Shown piece by piece: positions 60,901 through 64,000 of a DNA stretch of 64,000 nucleotides. The stretch covers positions 493,914-557,913 of the forward strand of contig CAJINV010000011.1 in the NCBI GenBank assembly GCA_905178155.1, written 5' to 3'. Within the stretch, counting starts at the first letter, position 1, and each line of letters begins with the position of its first letter. Source of the DNA: Amoebophrya sp. A120. Taxonomy: Eukaryota > Protista > Dinoflagellata. The notes beneath the pieces were generated by a model. It did no database searches. It saw nothing but the letters and a program-made list of their open reading frames with translations, and was not told where the DNA came from. Made by a program: the position numbers and the translations under genes.

Positions 60901-63900
60901 GGGAAGGGATGCGGATTGTAGTGCTGGCTGGCGCAGGAACAACGCCGTGCGTCCTCAGCATGACAGGGAGCAACTGGAAACGGGAAATAGCATCACAAAT
61001 TTCCTCCACACGAGGGAAGAACTGCGTTTCCTAGCCTTGTAGCAATAAAGCCGATTTGTGTCCTCGAATACAGCAACACAAATTTCGTTTTCCATATGGG
61101 GAGGGGGGATTTCTCCTCACAATACGTTGAGTCGTTTCCGCATCTGCTCCGAGTCCAGAAATTTCTGCTCTACTTTTTTCATGCGGCTCTCCCACTCCTC
61201 GTGCACTTCGTCGCGAAGCTCGCGCTTCTGTTCCCAGAGCTCGCTCTATGAGAGTGCACAAATCCCCCACCTGCCGTTCATTTGTAAAGGCAAAATGCCA
61301 AATCCACATCCTTCCTAAAGGCACTGTCTCCTGCATGCCAAATTGTGGAACCTCAAACACAGCTACAATCATCCGCGTGCAGATTTGATGTCATGTGAAA
61401 GCCACTTATCTGCCCGCGCTTGTGTTGCTGCTCATGATGTGATAGGACAAATGAGGGGGAAGTAGGGGAGTTGTGCACTTTCATACGTTCTGTTTCACCT
61501 TGTCCGCGCGCTCGGAGTCCAGCTCCTTGCGCAGGTTCCGCAGCTCCTCGCGCTGGAACTGCAGCTCCTGTTGGTGCTTCCGCTCCACCTCTTCGAGGTT
61601 CGCCCGGTTGTTGCGCACCTGCTCGTCGAACTCGGCCTTATGCACTGCAAAAGCATCGTACTCGTACTTTACTAAAAATCGCGTTTATGCAATACAAATT
61701 TTTCTGTCAAGTTCAATCCGCACTACAAATTTTATTTCTCATTCTGAGTGAATTTGTCATGCGATTTCTACTAGTACGGTACCTTTGCTGTTCATAGTCC
61801 TCCCGGCCCTGCAATTTCATCCGGAGTTTCACGTTTCGGGCGTCCAGCGCCGCCACCTCGGCCTCCATCTTGGCCTTGCCGGCCCGAAGCTGCGAAATCA
61901 GCTCCTCCAGCTGGGTCACCTTGCGGTGCAGTTCGGAAAGCTGCTGGAACGCGGTGTTCAGCTCCTGCTGCTGCTCCGCCGTCTGAGGGCCGCGACTGTA
62001 TTTAGTGCAGATGTGATGAGGAGGTTTTTCCCGAATCATTTTCATGCAAAATTGAAAAAACTATGAATCACTATCATTTTCCGAAGTAGGTCCTACGGCA
62101 TGCGGCTAGCTACACATAAGTACCCCGGCTGCGTGCGGGTGGTGGAGGTGGAGTCCCGTAAAAATCTGTCGGTGGATGATCCTGAGGAAAAACGGGGCCC
62201 GCGGTAGCGCGGAGGCTTCACGACGGAAATTTTGCTTTACATTTAGGTTTACACAAACCAACAAGCTTTCCGGGTTGCGTATGACAAGCTTGGCCCCGCT
62301 GTGTGCTAATCTGGTTTAACAAGTGAAGGTGCAACATCGCAATCAGATTGGTAGAGTTCACTAGCATGCCCATCAATCCCGGTTGGTGTTTCTAGCAAGC
62401 ATGCCAAATTCCGTTGTACTTCTAGTACTTATGCGGCGTCGCAGGCCACGTTTAGTTATTTTCACGAAGGATATTGACGGAAAGATGATGTCCATGCTCT
62501 GCAACACTCTGCTTCCGGGCACGAAATTCGTTTGCTGGGCGGACGAACGGACGCTTTGACTCTGGCTGTCCGGCGGCGGCGCGTAGCGGTGGCGCGTGGT
62601 GGTACTCGTCGGGCGGCTGTTGCTCGTCGCACCATTCATCTGAGCCCCCCCGGCGGTCTTCGCCTTACCGGTCGTGCGCGCGGTCGAAGTGGTGGATGAG
62701 GGGGGCCCGCGGCTGCTGGAGGACGCGGCCCGGACAACCTGAGAGGACGTCAGGCTCGCGTTCACAAACCCGGCGTTGCTATCCGGCAAGGACATTCGGG
62801 GCGCGAACTGGTCCTGGAATTCCATTTCCGCGAGCACCGCGGCGCGCTCCTTGATGCGCTGCTCGAGGGCGGCCTCCTGCAGCTCCAGGGACCGCAGACG
62901 AGAGGAGGAGTCCAGGCTTTGTTCCGCCTCGAACAGCCGACCACCACTCGGAGCGCCGTCTCGCACCTGGCCCGCCGCACCTCCGCTGGCCGTCGACGAT
63001 GAAGGAGGTGGGACTACTCCTACTTTGGCGCCGAACAGGTCTTTATCAAATGCAAAAATGTCTGGGTCTGGAAGAATGCATGTTTGTCATGCTTGTGTGG
63101 CATGACTCTTAGACCTGTCATGCACGTTACCCAAGAGCCCCATTTTTCTGTCATGCCGAAACGCTGTTTGTCATGCAGGATAGGCAACACCTAGAAGCTC
63201 AGAAATTTGTCATGCTAGGCCAGCACTTGTGGCCTCCTCACGCTACGCCTCTCAGCATCACAAGTTTCCAGACCCAGACATATTTGCAATGCATAGTCTT
63301 CTACCGACGGTGGTGCTGCCGCGGTGGTCGACGTCCCGGGGTCGAGTCCGAAGCCTGGTTTGCTGCTCGCATATCCGAAGAAAAAAGTCTTACAGTTACA
63401 CACTCTGATGGAAGACAAGCAAGACAGACAACCTCTGTCATGCAGGGTATGCGTGCCAGCCTCATTTTGTTCCTGTTTCCGCTTATAGTCTGCGCATCAC
63501 AGGTTTTCTATGCCATGTCGAGCAACTTTGTGCTGCAGAAACTCCAACAAATGTGTGACTGTAACACTTTTTTCCTGTGATATCGCAGCCTGTTGCAGCA
63601 CTCCCGAAGATCGTTCCTGAAAAGAAGTAGTAGTAGTTCCAGCAGGAGCAGTTGTACCATTTATTTCCTCCACTCCGCTTGCAGCTGGGCCGGCGGCTCT
63701 TTGCTCAGCCGATGTTCTTGTTCTACTTGGGGCAGCTGATGATGATGATGATGATGAACCAGCACCGGGTTTCAAAATGTTATTCCCTGTAGTTGCAGAA
63801 GGTACTTCTCCATCTACTTTGTCCTTATCAGCACCTATTGTAGAAGTTTCCGCAGTATAATAATCTCCAGCTTTTTCTTCCACCTTCTTGCCGCTGCTCG

Positions 63901-64000
63901 CCGGTCCGTCCGTCATTTTGTCCGGAGAGTTCTTGTCCTCCGCTGGCGGAGGCGAGTGCGCGAACATGGAGTCCAAAGTTTCGTGGTACTGGTTCCTGTA
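54986..64000 (-). CDS. CEP162: CEP162 (QN1)-like centrosomal coiled-coil protein with an EF-hand-like segment; 5' end beyond the window; at least 10 introners plus GT-AG introns
   Basis: Motifs in CEP162 order: LMRGYEKENEKL, KLQWYIESQLKMDED, KELLKQIEELQALVKKKLPQDTSILHLLAA, LEDKEVDFDRRLRALRAQYDKL, and C-terminal KENQLAVQREEVDAIVRQMRAL. Confidence 0.72.
55844..56136. mobile_element. Introner, family A (left end CAT)
   Basis: CAT...ATA; DR ttgtt. Confidence 0.82.
56593..56851. mobile_element. Introner, family A
   Basis: TAT...ATA; DR atctc/atcgc. Confidence 0.87.
56956..57279. mobile_element. Introner, family H (AAAAATCCCCCCTCCCCATAT TIR)
   Basis: CAT...ATA; DR gtcgg. Confidence 0.87.
57314..57565. 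mobile_element. Introner, family A
   Basis: TAT...ATA; DR ccgca. Confidence 0.92.
58769..59051. mobile_element. Introner, family C
   Basis: TAT...ATA; DR gtctg/gtctt. Confidence 0.9.
60813..61124. mobile_element. Introner, family H
   Basis: TAT...ATA; DR cgttg; ccccatat/atatgggg. Confidence 0.88.
61247..61485. mobile_element. Introner, family E
   Basis: TAT...ATA; DR cgctc/cgttc; agtgcacaa/ttgtgcact. Confidence 0.87.
61639..61796. mobile_element. Introner, family B
   Basis: TAT...ATA; DR ggcct/gtcct. Confidence 0.87.
63044..63295. mobile_element. Introner, family A
   Basis: TAT...ATA; DR gtctt. Confidence 0.92.
63372..63582. mobile_element. Introner, family D
   Basis: TAT...ATA; DR tcgca. 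Confidence 0.9.

Noticed and set aside
61999-62480. Possible additional ~470-nt TAT-starting element in the CEP162-like gene
   Set aside because: An interruption is likely, but I could not define a matching TIR, ATA end or clean DR.

Overview
This is eukaryotic genomic DNA whose architecture strongly resembles the parasitic dinoflagellate Amoebophrya (Syndiniales); the taxon is my inference. About 12 protein-coding genes lie on the minus strand: a large hypothetical protein, two tandem ZIP/SLC39 metal transporters, a GT61-like glycosyltransferase, an FkbM methyltransferase, a hypothetical protein, a FAM206A/ABITRAM-like protein, a coiled-coil protein, a divergent AEP/PrimPol-like protein, MBF1, a FAM183/CFAP144-like protein and a CEP162-like protein. 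Their exons are interrupted by about 52 short (150-325 nt) non-canonical intron/introner elements from at least 9 terminal-inverted-repeat (TIR) families. These share one grammar: a 5-nt direct repeat (DR), TAT...ATA ends, a few unpaired bases, a family-specific TIR, and many internal TGTNATGC/GCATNACA motifs. Wherever I checked, removing an element plus one DR copy restored the reading frame. Three features stand out. (i) A five-copy array of a duplicated 3' splice site/exon start (AG|GT), separated by four unrelated 0.5-1.5 kb inserts, could be removed as stacked zero-exon (recursive) introns. (ii) Two different introner families sit at the identical site in the two ZIP paralogues. (iii) A 1.05 kb intergenic TAT...ATA foldback element lacks the internal motif. 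All coordinates were read by hand and may be off by a few bases.
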